From: Eledone cirrhosa | Lineage: Eukaryota | Assembly: GCA_964016885.1 (NCBI GenBank) | Contig: OZ024747.1 | Location: forward strand, 45,012,001-45,076,000 | Direction of reading: 5' to 3' | Length of the DNA stretch: 64,000 nucleotides | Shown here: positions 41,393 through 52,945 of the stretch, in pieces | How the letters are laid out: each line of letters begins with the position of its first letter | Position numbering within the stretch: the first letter of the stretch is position 1 | Program-made: the position numbers and the translations under genes | Notes under the pieces: generated by a model | The model's input: the letters and a program-made list of their open reading frames with translations, nothing else | The model's database searches: none | What the model was told of the DNA's origin: nothing

Positions 41393-44158
41393 AGAATAAA
41401 GTCAGCATCCATAGCCATTGTGTGTCTGTTATTAGCGAAGCAAAGAGTTAAGGAGAATTTGTGGGGATTGAAATAGATATGTATTTTGGATGTTTTCAAA
41501 TTGGAGGTTGAAAAAAAAGATATGAAAGGAAATTCCGATTAGGAAAAGTGCTTAAGTATAGGGATGATGTGGGGGGAACATTTTCTCTACCTGTGATATG
41601 GTTTGATTTCATAAGCATTGCTCAGGAACCTCGCCCTCCAGCCTCAGCCCTTTTGATACCAACACATGAACCCCCCCCCCCCCCCCCCCAATTCTATGAT
41701 GACAAACCTCCTATTTTAAGATATTCCTATTTGAATAATGAATTTTTTTATGGAAGAATATTTTTGTTAAGCTATGTACTAAATACCAGCTTAATAATGT
41801 ATTGGTGTATTTTATTAGAAATATGGTAATGAAAGGACTACATAAATTCAAAATGATAAATATTCATAATTTTAAAAATATACTAAAAAATGATTTCGTT
41901 GAAGAAATTTAAACATTTCAGACAATAAGCATTATAGTATTGATTTAGGCAGTGGGATTACCAACTAAATGTACCGTGGTATCTAGTTGCATCACCACAT
42001 TGCCTTTCATGTGGTACAGGACATTACATTAAGAGACAAGAAATAGTAAATTACAAAAAACACAATTCTATATTACAAATGGTAAGTATGTGTGTATGAA
42101 TGTAATTGTGAATTTTTTAACACACATAAAAATGAAATCAGTTATTTGCATTCAGTGAGTTTTCTGATAGTTGTCAGTATTACAACATTTTTTATATATA
42201 TTACCAAGGGTTTTAACTTAGCTATTCATGCCAGAGCTAAAAATACTTTCAATCTCTGTATTTGATAAATATAAATACCCGTTATGAATTGGGGTTACTT
42301 CAATCAACTATTTTTTGTGTCCTAGTATTTCATCATCATCAGATAATGGCTGTTTTCCCTGCTAGTAATGTTTGAAGAGAGCAAGTCAGTACACAATTGG
42401 AGCTGTGGACCCCTCAAATGGGCTGGGAATCCACATCTAACTCACATATAGTCCTGCATTCTATCAAGTGCATGTTATCATGACACCAGCACTAGAGAGT
42501 CTGTTATGTCTTTGACACAACTGAAAGGTCTACCCAACTCTCTGTTTGGGAAGCTTCTCATGGCTGGATGCCCTTTCTATCACCAACCACTTTACAGTGT
42601 GTACTGGGTGTGATTATTATGGAGATCAACAATAGAGAGGTTGTCGTGCCATTGTCAGAGCTGAAGGGTGTTGTCGACCCTATTTATATTAGTTTAATGC
42701 AAGGTCAACTTATTTTTGCATTGGAGCAACTGAGATGCTGCTTCAATTGATGCCCGACTTCATCCAACAATGCTGGCTTGTCACCAATAGCTAGGGGCTG
42801 AAAGCCTTTTTTTCCACCTTAGAAAAAGACAAGAGATAGGTGGTGGAATTTATGCTTGGAACAGATACAGAAAAGCATCACATTTGGAACACTAACAATT
42901 ACAGCAGCCACCCGCTCTGGGAACATATTTTATTTATCAACCTTGATAGAATGAAAAGCAAATTTGACAAAACAAATACTTGCTACAAGAAGACATTGTA
43001 TTTGGTGTCCTAACAACTCAGCCAATTTAACACCTTACTTATTTAATTGGTTTTCTCATTGCTGATACTGTCTGCCAGGAGTTTTGACTGGCAGAAGGTG
43101 GTGGCATTTCAACTTAGAATACATAGAGGTGGATTAGGTACCACAACACATTCTGTCTTCCTCTTTAACAATTATGCCAATCTACCATTTCTGGACTGTT
43201 ATTTTTTTGTTTATAAATCCTAAAAGAATGAAAGACAAAGCTAACCTCGGTGGAATTTGAACTCAGAGCGCAGTGAGCCAAATAAATATAGAGGCATTAA
43301 ACCATTAGCATAATAACTCTGCCAATTCACTATCTATTACATAAACCACAGCAAAAACGACATTTCTAACAAGTTAAAAGAAATATAGAAACACGGGAAA
43401 GAGGCATCTGTGAAGAAGTCTTCCTGTAAAGCATAATTCTCATCACCAGCAAGATAGTTGACAATAGCCAAAATTATCTGAAAATGTGGTTTTCAACATG
43501 TTTTGATTTATAGAGAGTGTCATGTCTAACAGTGAAATAAAGGCAATTAGCTGATTTAGTAGAAAGAAATTCTTGGTGGTGTACAACTTAAACAGAGATA
43601 TATATCAAAGATTAATTTCCGGTTTCTTTAATTAGAATAATGTAAAGCCTCTTGTCTTATTAAAGTTAAAAGTAAGGTAAATTGCTAGTTCCTGTTGTCA
43701 GGATGCTGTTGCCTACTGAGTGGTTATTTGAGATCAGGACTAACAATAGAATCTTTCGAAAATGGCAAGATGGAACTTGCAAGCACTCTAGCAAGAAAAT
43801 TACTCTGAAACAGTACACCATTATACGTGTGTGTATTAATATATATATATATAATTTTAATATGATTATCAGTAAATGAAATAAAGGTTACAAAGTATAA
43901 TTTTAAAACAAATATTTGTTGCTAGTCAATGCACACTGACAGTCGATTTGACAAAAGTCAATTGACTGTCGATATATATATATATGTGTGTTCTTACATT
44001 GAGCCATTTATCTTACTGGTAATAAGGTAGTAATAAATTACTGACCCTACCTGTTTATAGTTGGTTATAGTATAATATATACATAACTATAAATGGTATC
44101 CTTAATATTATATGTGTGAATGTATATATGTATATTTATGTGTATATGTATGTACAGA

Positions 44159-44598
44159 TATCATCATCATCACCGTTTTACATCCATTCTTCCATGCTAG
44201 CATGGGTTAGACGGGTTGCCCTGTTGTGAGCAGTGTCCGGTCGGCTGACCTTGTCTTGCTCATACGGGAACTGATTCTGGCTTGATTTCTACAGCTGGAT
44301 GCCCTTCCTAACACCAACCTCATTTACAGTGAGTGCTGGGTGCTTTTTATCCGTGGCGCCTAGACGTCCACTTTACAGTGAGTGCTGGGTGCTTTTTTGT
44401 CGTGGTACCTCCACGACCACTTTGCAGTGGAATGAGAGAGACCCCAGTCCCTATTATCTCATTTCTACAGCTGAGTAAACTGGAGCAATGTGAAATAAAG
44501 TGTCTTGCTCAAGGAAACAACACACTACCCAGTCTGAGAATTGAACTCAGAACCTTTTGATTGCAAGCCCAATGCTCTAACCACTAAGCCATGTGCCT
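44159..44598 (-). mobile_element. SINE family B: tRNA head + CORE-like domain + RTE-derived tail
   Basis: Minus strand GGCACATGGCTTAGTGGTTAGAGC (A box), GAGTTCAATTC (B box), TCCTTGAGCAAGACACTT (CORE-like), then the 3' UTR of the 63028 RTE and (GAT)n. Confidence 0.85.
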
Positions 44599-44631
44599 AT
44601 ATAAAAACCACAGACCCTCCATCTCAACTCA

Positions 44632-44669
44632 CCTTTTGAAAAGCAGAAGAACTGCGAAACCGGTAAAGG
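44632..44669 (+). ncRNA. minimal type I hammerhead ribozyme (U3-A8 core variant), Penelope-type terminus
   Basis: CCTT-TTGAAAA-GCAG(AAGAA)CTGC-GAAAC-CG-GTA-AAGG; helices I and II pair perfectly, helix III is the palindrome ACCGGT; AATAAA follows. Confidence 0.65.
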
Positions 44670-44801
44670 AACCAAATAAAAATATATATATTTTTTAAAA
44701 AAATAAGACTTCAGTTGCATTTTCGATTTCATCCCTTTTTCTTTATACTTCCACTCGTGTAGGACACCTCGGTTATTTTTCATTTTGTAAAAATACCTCA
44801 C

Positions 44802-44878
<77 letters not shown>

Positions 44879-44906
44879 GTTTAACGTCTATCTTCCACGC
44901 TAGCAT

Positions 44907-44949
<43 letters not shown>

Positions 44950-45019
44950 TACACACATGTATATGTGATCTTACATTTTGATTCACGCCCAAATCAATGT
45001 GAGTCTACATATGTTCACA

Positions 45020-45113
45020 CATATCTGAGGAGCTTTTGATTCCAGAGTCAGCAACAAACATAATCGATTGTTGTTCCTTGAGTTGATCGGCAGTGAAACA
45101 TGTGTAATATATG
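45020..45113 (+). ncRNA. type I hammerhead ribozyme fold with long helix II
   Basis: ATAT-CTGAGGA-GCT...AGT-GAAAC-ATGT-GTA-ATAT; intact core, palindromic ACATGT in helix III, inner stem GCAACAA/TTGTTGT. Confidence 0.55.
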
Positions 45114-45115
45114 AT

Positions 45116-45453
45116 TCATCATCATCATCATTTTACGTCCGATTTTCCCTGCTTGCAAGGGTGGGACGGGAACTGATTCTGGCTTGATTTCTACAGCTGG
45201 ATGCCCTTCCTAACACCAACCTCATTTACAGTGAGTGCTGGGTGCTTTTTTGCCATGGCACCTCCACGACCATTCTACAGTGGAATTATATGGACCCCAG
45301 TCCCTATCATCTCATTTCTAGAGCTGAGAAAACTGGAGCAATGTGAAATAAAGTGTCTTGCTCAAGGAAACAACACATCACCCGGTCTGAGAATTGAACT
45401 CACAACCTTTCGATTGCAAGGCCAATGCTCTAACCACTAAGCCATGTGCCTCC
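45116..45453 (-). mobile_element. SINE family B copy (short-tail form)
   Basis: Same head and CORE-like domain as 44159; tail ends GGACGTAAAA(TGA)n. Confidence 0.85.
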
Positions 45454-45676
45454 ATCAAATATGTAAATGATGCAATACTGACTCTTTGTTCCCTAATTAT
45501 TATTATCGATAATCTGCTCCTCAATAACATTGAGTGCTCATCTTAGCATACAGCCTCTGAACGCAATCCAATTGCACCTTTACTACTACTACTACTATAT
45601 ATATATATATATATATTATAAGGTGAAATGACAGGAGGCCAAATATGTTAAATTTACTTACTTTTTTATTACTGTA

Positions 45677-45734
45677 ACACTATACACATTTCAGTGGCCA
45701 GGTTGCATAAGAACTCGGTGACCTCATCAGGTGT
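45677..45734 (-). ncRNA. hammerhead-like fold, possibly decayed
   Basis: Minus strand ACAC-CTGATGA-GGT...ACT-GAAATG-TG-TATA-GTGT then AATAAA and (TA)n about 60 nt downstream. Confidence 0.45.
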
Positions 45735-46952
45735 AAATTGTGTAATAGATGTATACTAACGGAATGATGGTAAGCTTTAAGGAAACAAGCAAAGAAAAGG
45801 TGTGTGCTATGTTTTTGACTCAGACAAGGACGTAGTAGCATGCTGCCCACTTGCCTCTATACACAGATATATTCAAACATGAATTTGAATTTATACATAA
45901 CTTATATATCTACAATGGACCTTTTGGTAGCAAATATAATTCCTTCTGGAACCTCATTCATTACCATCAAAAAATGTTTACTACATCAATTAAAATACAT
46001 GTATTTCAGATAATTTGTTCCATACCCTCTATCAATATTGTCAGTCTTCATGTAAAAGAATAAGGGGTAAGAAGACTAGCAAGTATAAAGTCATGGGTGT
46101 ATGGCAATATGTACTCACGTTTGTGGAATGCCCAGCCACTTACACCTTAATTTCATCCACATGCTGCTATGTTGATCAAACAACCATTGGGTGTCCATTG
46201 ATTTGAGGCCCTGTATTGTTAATTAACAAACAACTTGTTTGTTTAATTACTTTTACTGTCTGTTATTTCTCAGATATGCGCAAAGACCAGAAATTTGAAG
46301 GAGGGAGCTGTCCTGTAATTGACTGGTAATTTATTTATTGACCCCATAAGGATGACAGGCAACACTGATCTCAGCAAGATTGAAAATTAGAATCTAAAGA
46401 GCCAGAACAAATACTGCATTTTATCCTGACGCTCTCACAATCCATTCAGCACCCTTTAACAATAGTTTCTAAAGGCACAAGGCAAAAGATTTTGGGCGAA
46501 AGTCAAATATAATGACCATAGTAAATTTACTGGTCATTTATTTATTGATTCCAGAAGGACACATGGCAAAGTTAACTGTGGAAGAATTTGAACACAGAAA
46601 GTAAGGATTCACAATAAAACACCACAAGGTATTTTGTTGAGTGCTCAAATGATTCTGCCAATCCATTGCCCTTGTTTATTAAATATTAATATTTAACAAA
46701 CATTTTGGTTTTAATTCTGTATCCTCTCCTTCTAATATCATATTTCAGAACTTATTGACTTTGGAATAAAATAAAATATAGCAAAATTCTTTGAATAAAC
46801 AACAAATTAAAAAACACACAACAAACAAACAAACAAGGTAAATTTCTGTTTCTGAATATATTATGGAACCAGATCTAATGGCTTTTTTTATTTTTATATT
46901 GAAGGCTGTGTTCTGAAGGATAAAAAAAATATGTATCTCTCTCCCCCTCTCT

Positions 46953-46987
<35 letters not shown>

Positions 46988-47006
46988 GTATATATGAATA
47001 AGTGTC

Positions 47007-47048
<42 letters not shown>

Positions 47049-47504
47049 CATAGTTTGGAACAAAGATTATTGACAGACTTTGAAGCATACTAAAATATTC
47101 TCTTTTTAGTTTTAAACTGAAATTGAGTAGAAACCATCTTTGAAGAAATAATGATATCTTTGGGAATAGATGAATAAGGGTGGATGTCACACAGTTTTTC
47201 AAAATATAACTTAACATCAAACAATTATTTTTCAACATTGTGTATCATTCAAAAGGACTTAAATTATTCAGGATGGCTTTCATGTGTAGATAGATACCTC
47301 ACAATATACCTATTCATCATGGCTGATAGGAAAAAACAATGCATTCTTAATAAAATCACATTAGGCTCTCTTTCACACACACACACACACACTCTCTCTC
47401 TATATATATATATCACACTCTCTCTCTCTGTGAAATAAGCAGGAAACTCAATGAATCATTCTTGCTATTTCTCTGTGTCTCCATCCTTTCTCTCTCTTTG
47501 TTTG

Positions 47505-48292
<788 letters not shown>

Positions 48293-48824
48293 CTATAGAG
48301 TAAAGCATGTCCAGAGAATTATTTGATAATATATATACATCATCTCCACTCCCAATCAGCATAATTAACCACACAAAAAATCAATTAGACCAGGCTATAA
48401 GAATAAAAGGCATGTATGAAGAAACAGTAAATAAATATGCCACATATATATATGCACACATATATATATTTACCATGTATATATAACAACCCAAAACCAC
48501 TTATATATATATATATTAGAGAGAGAGAGAGATGTAAAATCCCGACCATGGCTCCAAAGTCAAACTTTTAAATCAATGGCAGATTTAAACACTTTTGGTA
48601 CCAAACCACCCATGGTTCCATGATAGATAGTTATTTATTTCAGAATTTTTGAAAACCTTCATTCAGAATTTTATGTAAGAATCTTTGTTAAATTATATTC
48701 AAAACAGCATTTGAATAATGTTAATTATGTTACTAAATCTTTCAAAAGCTTGATTATTTTAAAAATTAGAATCTTTTTCAACACACTGGTGCATGTAGGA
48801 GTATATTATTATAAACACACAAGA

Positions 48825-49290
48825 GGGCGGTGGATTGGCAGTATCGGTAGAGGGTCGGACGCCATGCTAGGGCGATGGATTGGCAGTATCGGTAGAGGGT
48901 CGGACGCCATGCTAGGGTGATGGATTGGCAGTATCGGTAGAGGGTCGGACGCCATGCTAGGGCGATGGATTGGCAGTATCGGTAGAGGGTCGGACGCCAT
49001 GCTAGGGCGATGGATTGGCAGTATCGGTAGAGGGTCGGACGCCATGCTAGGGCGATGGATTGGCAGTATCGGTAGAGGGTCGGACGCCATGCTAGGGCGA
49101 TGGATTGGCAGTATCGGTAGAGGGTCGGATGCCACGCTTTGATATATAGAGTTATGGCCCTTGCCATTCTGAGTTCAAATCCTGCTGAGGTTAACTTTGC
49201 CTTTCATCCTTACGGGGTCGAGAAAATAAAGTACCAGTAATACTCTGGAATAATTGCTGGTCTTGTGCCAAACTTAGAAACAATTATTAT
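48825..49290 (+). mobile_element. SINE family A with 7 tandem 45-bp heads
   Basis: GGGCGATGGATTGGCAGTATCGGTAGAGGGTCGGACGCCATGCTA every 45 bp from 48825 to 49095, then one body; TSD ATTATTATAAAC(A/G)CACAA. Confidence 0.92.
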
Positions 49291-49380
49291 AAACGCACAA
49301 ACACAGACACACTTACAAAAACACATTTACAGACATACATGTTAGACGCTGTGAATGGTAAACACTGTTTTTCTGTAATT

Positions 49381-50552
49381 TGTCATCATCCCTTCCTTCA
49401 TCAATCATCTCTAGTGTGTGACGTCATCAACCCCTTCCTTCATCAATCATCTCTAGTGTGTGACGTCATCATCCCTTCCTTCAATCATCTCTAGTGTGTG
49501 ACGTCATCAACCCCTACTTTCCTCAATCATCTCTAGTGTGTGACGTCATCAACCCCTTCATTCCTCAATCATCTCTAGTGTGTGATGTCATCAACCCTTT
49601 AATCAATCATCTCTAGTGTGTGACGTCATCATCCCTTCCTTCCTCAATCATCTCTAGTGTGTGACGTCATCATCCCTTCCTTCCTCAATCATCTCTAGTG
49701 TGTGACATCATCAACCCTTCATTCCTCAATCATCTCTAGTGTGTGACGTCATCATCCCTTTCTTCATCAATCATCTCTAGTGTGTGACGTCATCAACCCC
49801 TTCCTTCATCAATCATTTCTAGTGTGTGACGTGATCATCCCTTCCTTCATCAATCATCTCTAGTGTGTGACGTCATCATCCCTCCCTTCATCAATCATCT
49901 CTAGTGTGTGACGTCATCATCCCTTCCTTCATCAATCACCTCTAGTGTGTGACGTCATCAACTCCATCCTTCCTCAATCATCTCTAGTGTGTGACGTCAT
50001 CATCCCTTCCTTCCTCAATCATCTCTAGTGTGTGACATCATCAACCCTTCATTCCTCAATCATCTCTAGTGTGTGACGTCATCATCCCTTTCTTCATCAA
50101 TCATCTCTAGTGTGTGACGTCATCAACCCCTTCCTTCATCAATCATCTCTAGTGTGTGACGTCATCATCCCTTCCTTCATCAATCATCTCTAGTGTGTGA
50201 CGTCATCATCCCTCCCTTCATCAATCATCTCTAGTGTGTGACGTCATCAACCCCTTCATTCCTCAATCATCTCTAGTGTGTGATGTCATCAACCCTTTAA
50301 TCAATCATCTCTAGTGTGTGACGTCATCATCCCTTCCTTCATCAATTACCTCTAGTGTGTGACGTCATCAACTCCATCCTTCATCAATCATCTCTAGTGT
50401 GTGACGTCATCATCCCTTCCTTCATCAATCACCTCTAGTGTGTGACGTCATCAACTCCATCCTTCATCAATCATCTCTAGTGTGTGATGTCATCATCCCT
50501 TCCTTCATCAATCATCTCTAGTGTGTGATGTCATCATCCCTTCCTTCCTCAA
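49381..50552. repeat. 28 x about 41-bp minisatellite containing TGACGTCA
   Basis: Unit TCAATCATCTCTAGTGTGTGACGTCATCATCCCTTCCTTCA; 28 units counted, 21 with intact TGACGTCA. Confidence 0.95.
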
Positions 50553-51099
50553 TTATTTTGTGATGGAAAAACAGACGGATGGATGGAAGTTGCTCAAATT
50601 TATATATAGATTATTTGAAAATCACAGGCAGTATCTTTCTACAGAAATATGGTAACAAAAGGATTAAAGAACTAGTTGCAGTAAAACTAATGAAAATTAC
50701 TTTTCTTGTTCAATTTCAAATATAAAATGGTGTATATATTACTTTTATTTGGGATTATCTAAGTTTAGTGGTTGTTGTGGTTGAAATGGTTTATTCACCA
50801 AAACTTGGTAGAACAGCCAGACTTATATAAATTAAGATAATATTGAACTTTCTTCTAGAATGATGACTCCTCTGTTGGTGTAACCCTTAAGCATTTAAAC
50901 CAGCTGTGTCTGGCCAGAACTTTTCAACACAGGATCAAGATGTTGAAATACAGAAGATCCCGCCTTCCCATGAACACAGGTTGAAGCATATATCTTGTAT
51001 GCAATACATGACACCTACCCCCTCCTTTTCATACACCTCCCACGCCACCCTAACACTCCACCCCATATCCTAATCAGCCCACCCTTCTCCCACATTATT

Positions 51100-51528
51100 A
51101 ACCCCCCCCCCCCCACTGCTCCAGTCCCTAGTCTGCACTATAAAGTGGTTGTTTTGGTGCCATGACAAAAAGTGCCCAGCCCACATAGTAAGGTGGTTGT
51201 GTTTTTACCATGACAAAAAGCACCCAGTCTAGACTGTAAAGTGGTTGTGTAAGTGTAACAAGTAAAAGCACCCAGCACACACTGTAAAGTGATTGTGTTG
51301 GTATCATGACAAAAATCACCCAGTCCACATTGTAAAGTGATTATGTAGGTGTCACAGAAAAAGTGCCCAGCACACACTGTAAATCTCGTTGGTTTAGGAA
51401 GGGCATCCAGTCATAAAAACAGTTCTATATGAGCAAGACACGATCACCTGATCTGACTTGTCTCAAATGGAACAACCCATCTATTCCGTGCTAGCATCGA
51501 AAATAGACGTTAAATGATGATGATGATG
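51100..51528 (+). mobile_element. RTE 3' UTR fragment with expanded internal repeats
   Basis: About 5 copies of CACTGTAAAGTGGTTGTG...GACAAAAAGCACCCAG, then GGAAGGGCATCCAG and AGACGTTAAA(TGA)n. Confidence 0.75.
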
Positions 51529-51592
51529 AAAACAATTAAAAAAAGATGAAAAAAGACCCCCACCCAAAATTGCTGGGCTAAACCCTAATTAT

Positions 51593-52104
51593 TACTGTAT
51601 TTCCTGATGCCGAAGACACTTCGTCCTCGAGGATGCACCCTAATTTTGACAACCCAAAATTTGAAAAATAAATAATTGTTTCTACTTTAGGCACAAGGTC
51701 AGCAATTACCCAGTACATTACTGGTACTTTATTTTATCGACCCTGTAAGGATGAAAGGCAAAGTCAACCTCGGCGGGATTTGAACTCAGGTCGTAAAGGG
51801 AGGTAACTCTATGCTGGAAAGCATGGCGTCCGACCCTCCACCGATACTGCCAATCCACCACCCTAGCATGGCGTCCGACGCTCTACCGATACTGCCAATC
51901 CACCGCCCTAGCATGGCGTCTGACCCTCCACCGATACTACCAATCCACCACCCTAGCATGGCGTCTGACCCTCTACAGATACTACCAATCCACCTCCCTT
52001 TGAAAAATAAATAATAAACAACTTTTGGCCTCCAGGACACAGGGTAGATTTGTGAGACTTATTTTAGGAAAAAAGTAGCATCTTCAACGCTGGGAAATAC
52101 GATA
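51593..52104. mobile_element. pogo/Tigger-like (Tc1-mariner) MITE interrupted by a SINE
   Basis: TA|CTGTATTTCCTGATGCCGAAGACAC versus reverse complement of right end TA|TCGTATTTCCCAGCGTTGAAGATGC. Confidence 0.55.
51669..51998 (-). mobile_element. SINE family A with 4 tandem 45-bp heads
   Basis: Four GCATGGCGTC.GAC.CTC.AC.GATACT.CCAATCCACC units; TSD TTTGAAAAATAAATAAT on both sides. Confidence 0.9.
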
Positions 52105-52945
52105 ATTTAATGTTAGAATGAAATAAATGATTCTAATTGTGGATTTGGTTAAGATTAGCTGACGTTAGTAGGGCTTCCTGTGAAATTTGGTGTAGTTGAA
52201 AATTAAATTCCAATGTAGTTTCTGGGAATATGTATTTTGGGTTATATGTTTCCTTGAAAAGAGGGAAAAATATTTTCAAGACTATTGTTAATCTAGGTAA
52301 GTTGTTTAGACTTCCGGTCATGTATTTAGTTTTTTACTAGAAAATACTGTGAAGACAGTATTTTTTGGCAGTAACCGAGGTTGATTTTGCCTTTCATCCT
52401 TACGGGGTCGATAAAATAAAGTACCAGTAATGCACTGGGTAATTTGCTGGCCTTGTGCCTAAAGTAGAAACAATTATTTGGCAGTAACGGTAGAGGGTCG
52501 GACGCCATGCTTTCCAGCATAGTTACGTCCCTTTACGGTCTGAGTTCAAATTCCGTCGAGGTTAACTTTGCCTTTCATCCTTAGGGGGTGGATAAAATAA
52601 AGTACCAGTAATTGTACTGGGTAATTGCTGGCCTTGTGCCAAAAAGTAGAAACAATTATTATAATAATTGGAGGAATCTTTAAAGATTTGTTTATATGTA
52701 GAGAAGTGAGATAACTTTAAAGAAATATTCTTAACAGGGTTATTAATTATCTTAGAGTTATTGGAATGTTTGTGAATATAGTGTAGAGTCTCATTAGATT
52801 TGTAATAAGGATAATATAAGGAACTGTTGAAGTTCAAGGCGGAATCTAAGAAGTTTAATGCAGGGAGGATGGTGTTAACAGTTATTTGTAGTCTTGTGTC
52901 TTTGAAGTAGGTATATATCAGTTGTTGAGTTTTAATGTTACTTAA
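52105..52945 (-). pseudogene. Penelope-like element RT C-terminal/linker fragment, split by two SINEs
   Basis: LNFLDSALNFNSSLYYPYYKSNETLHYIHKHSNN..IINN..KNIS.KLS..S..KQIF matches the PLE FLD...PY.K......Y....SNHP motif; RNYIGI*FSTTPN near 52190-52225 matches the linker motif. Confidence 0.75.
52375..52660 (+). mobile_element. two tandem SINE family A copies
   Basis: 52375-52478 truncated, 52479-52660 near full length. Confidence 0.9.

Larger units (their letters stand above)
48766..50610 (-). mobile_element. non-autonomous Helitron carrying a minisatellite and a SINE
   Basis: Minus strand starts TCTATATATAAATTT...CCATCCATCCGTCTG and ends CTAA (CTRR) at an A|T site; 3' hairpin is poorly preserved. 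Confidence 0.6.
48585..50667. mobile_element. piggyBac-like MITE family 2 split by a Helitron
   Basis: Left part 48585-48765 and right part 50611-50667 rejoin as TTTTAAAAA|TTATTTGAAAATCA, matching TTTTCAAAAAATTATTCAAAAATCA of the uninterrupted copy near 60208. Confidence 0.6.

Noticed and set aside
43928-43970. Small hairpin GACAGTCGATTTGAC-AAAA-GTCAATTGACTGTC as miRNA or terminator
   Set aside because: Too short for a pre-miRNA, and intrinsic terminators are not relevant in this eukaryotic context
45380-45453. tRNA gene candidates at SINE heads
   Set aside because: A and B boxes present, but no complete acceptor stem and they continue into SINE bodies
48778-49167. Repetitive peptide ORFs such as (MASDPLPILPIHRPS)n
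   Set aside because: Consequence of a 45-bp SINE-head unit being a multiple of three
49381-50552. CRISPR-like appearance of the 41-bp, 45-bp and 71-bp arrays
   Set aside because: No unique spacers, no cas genes, eukaryotic context; the units are head-to-tail tandem repeats
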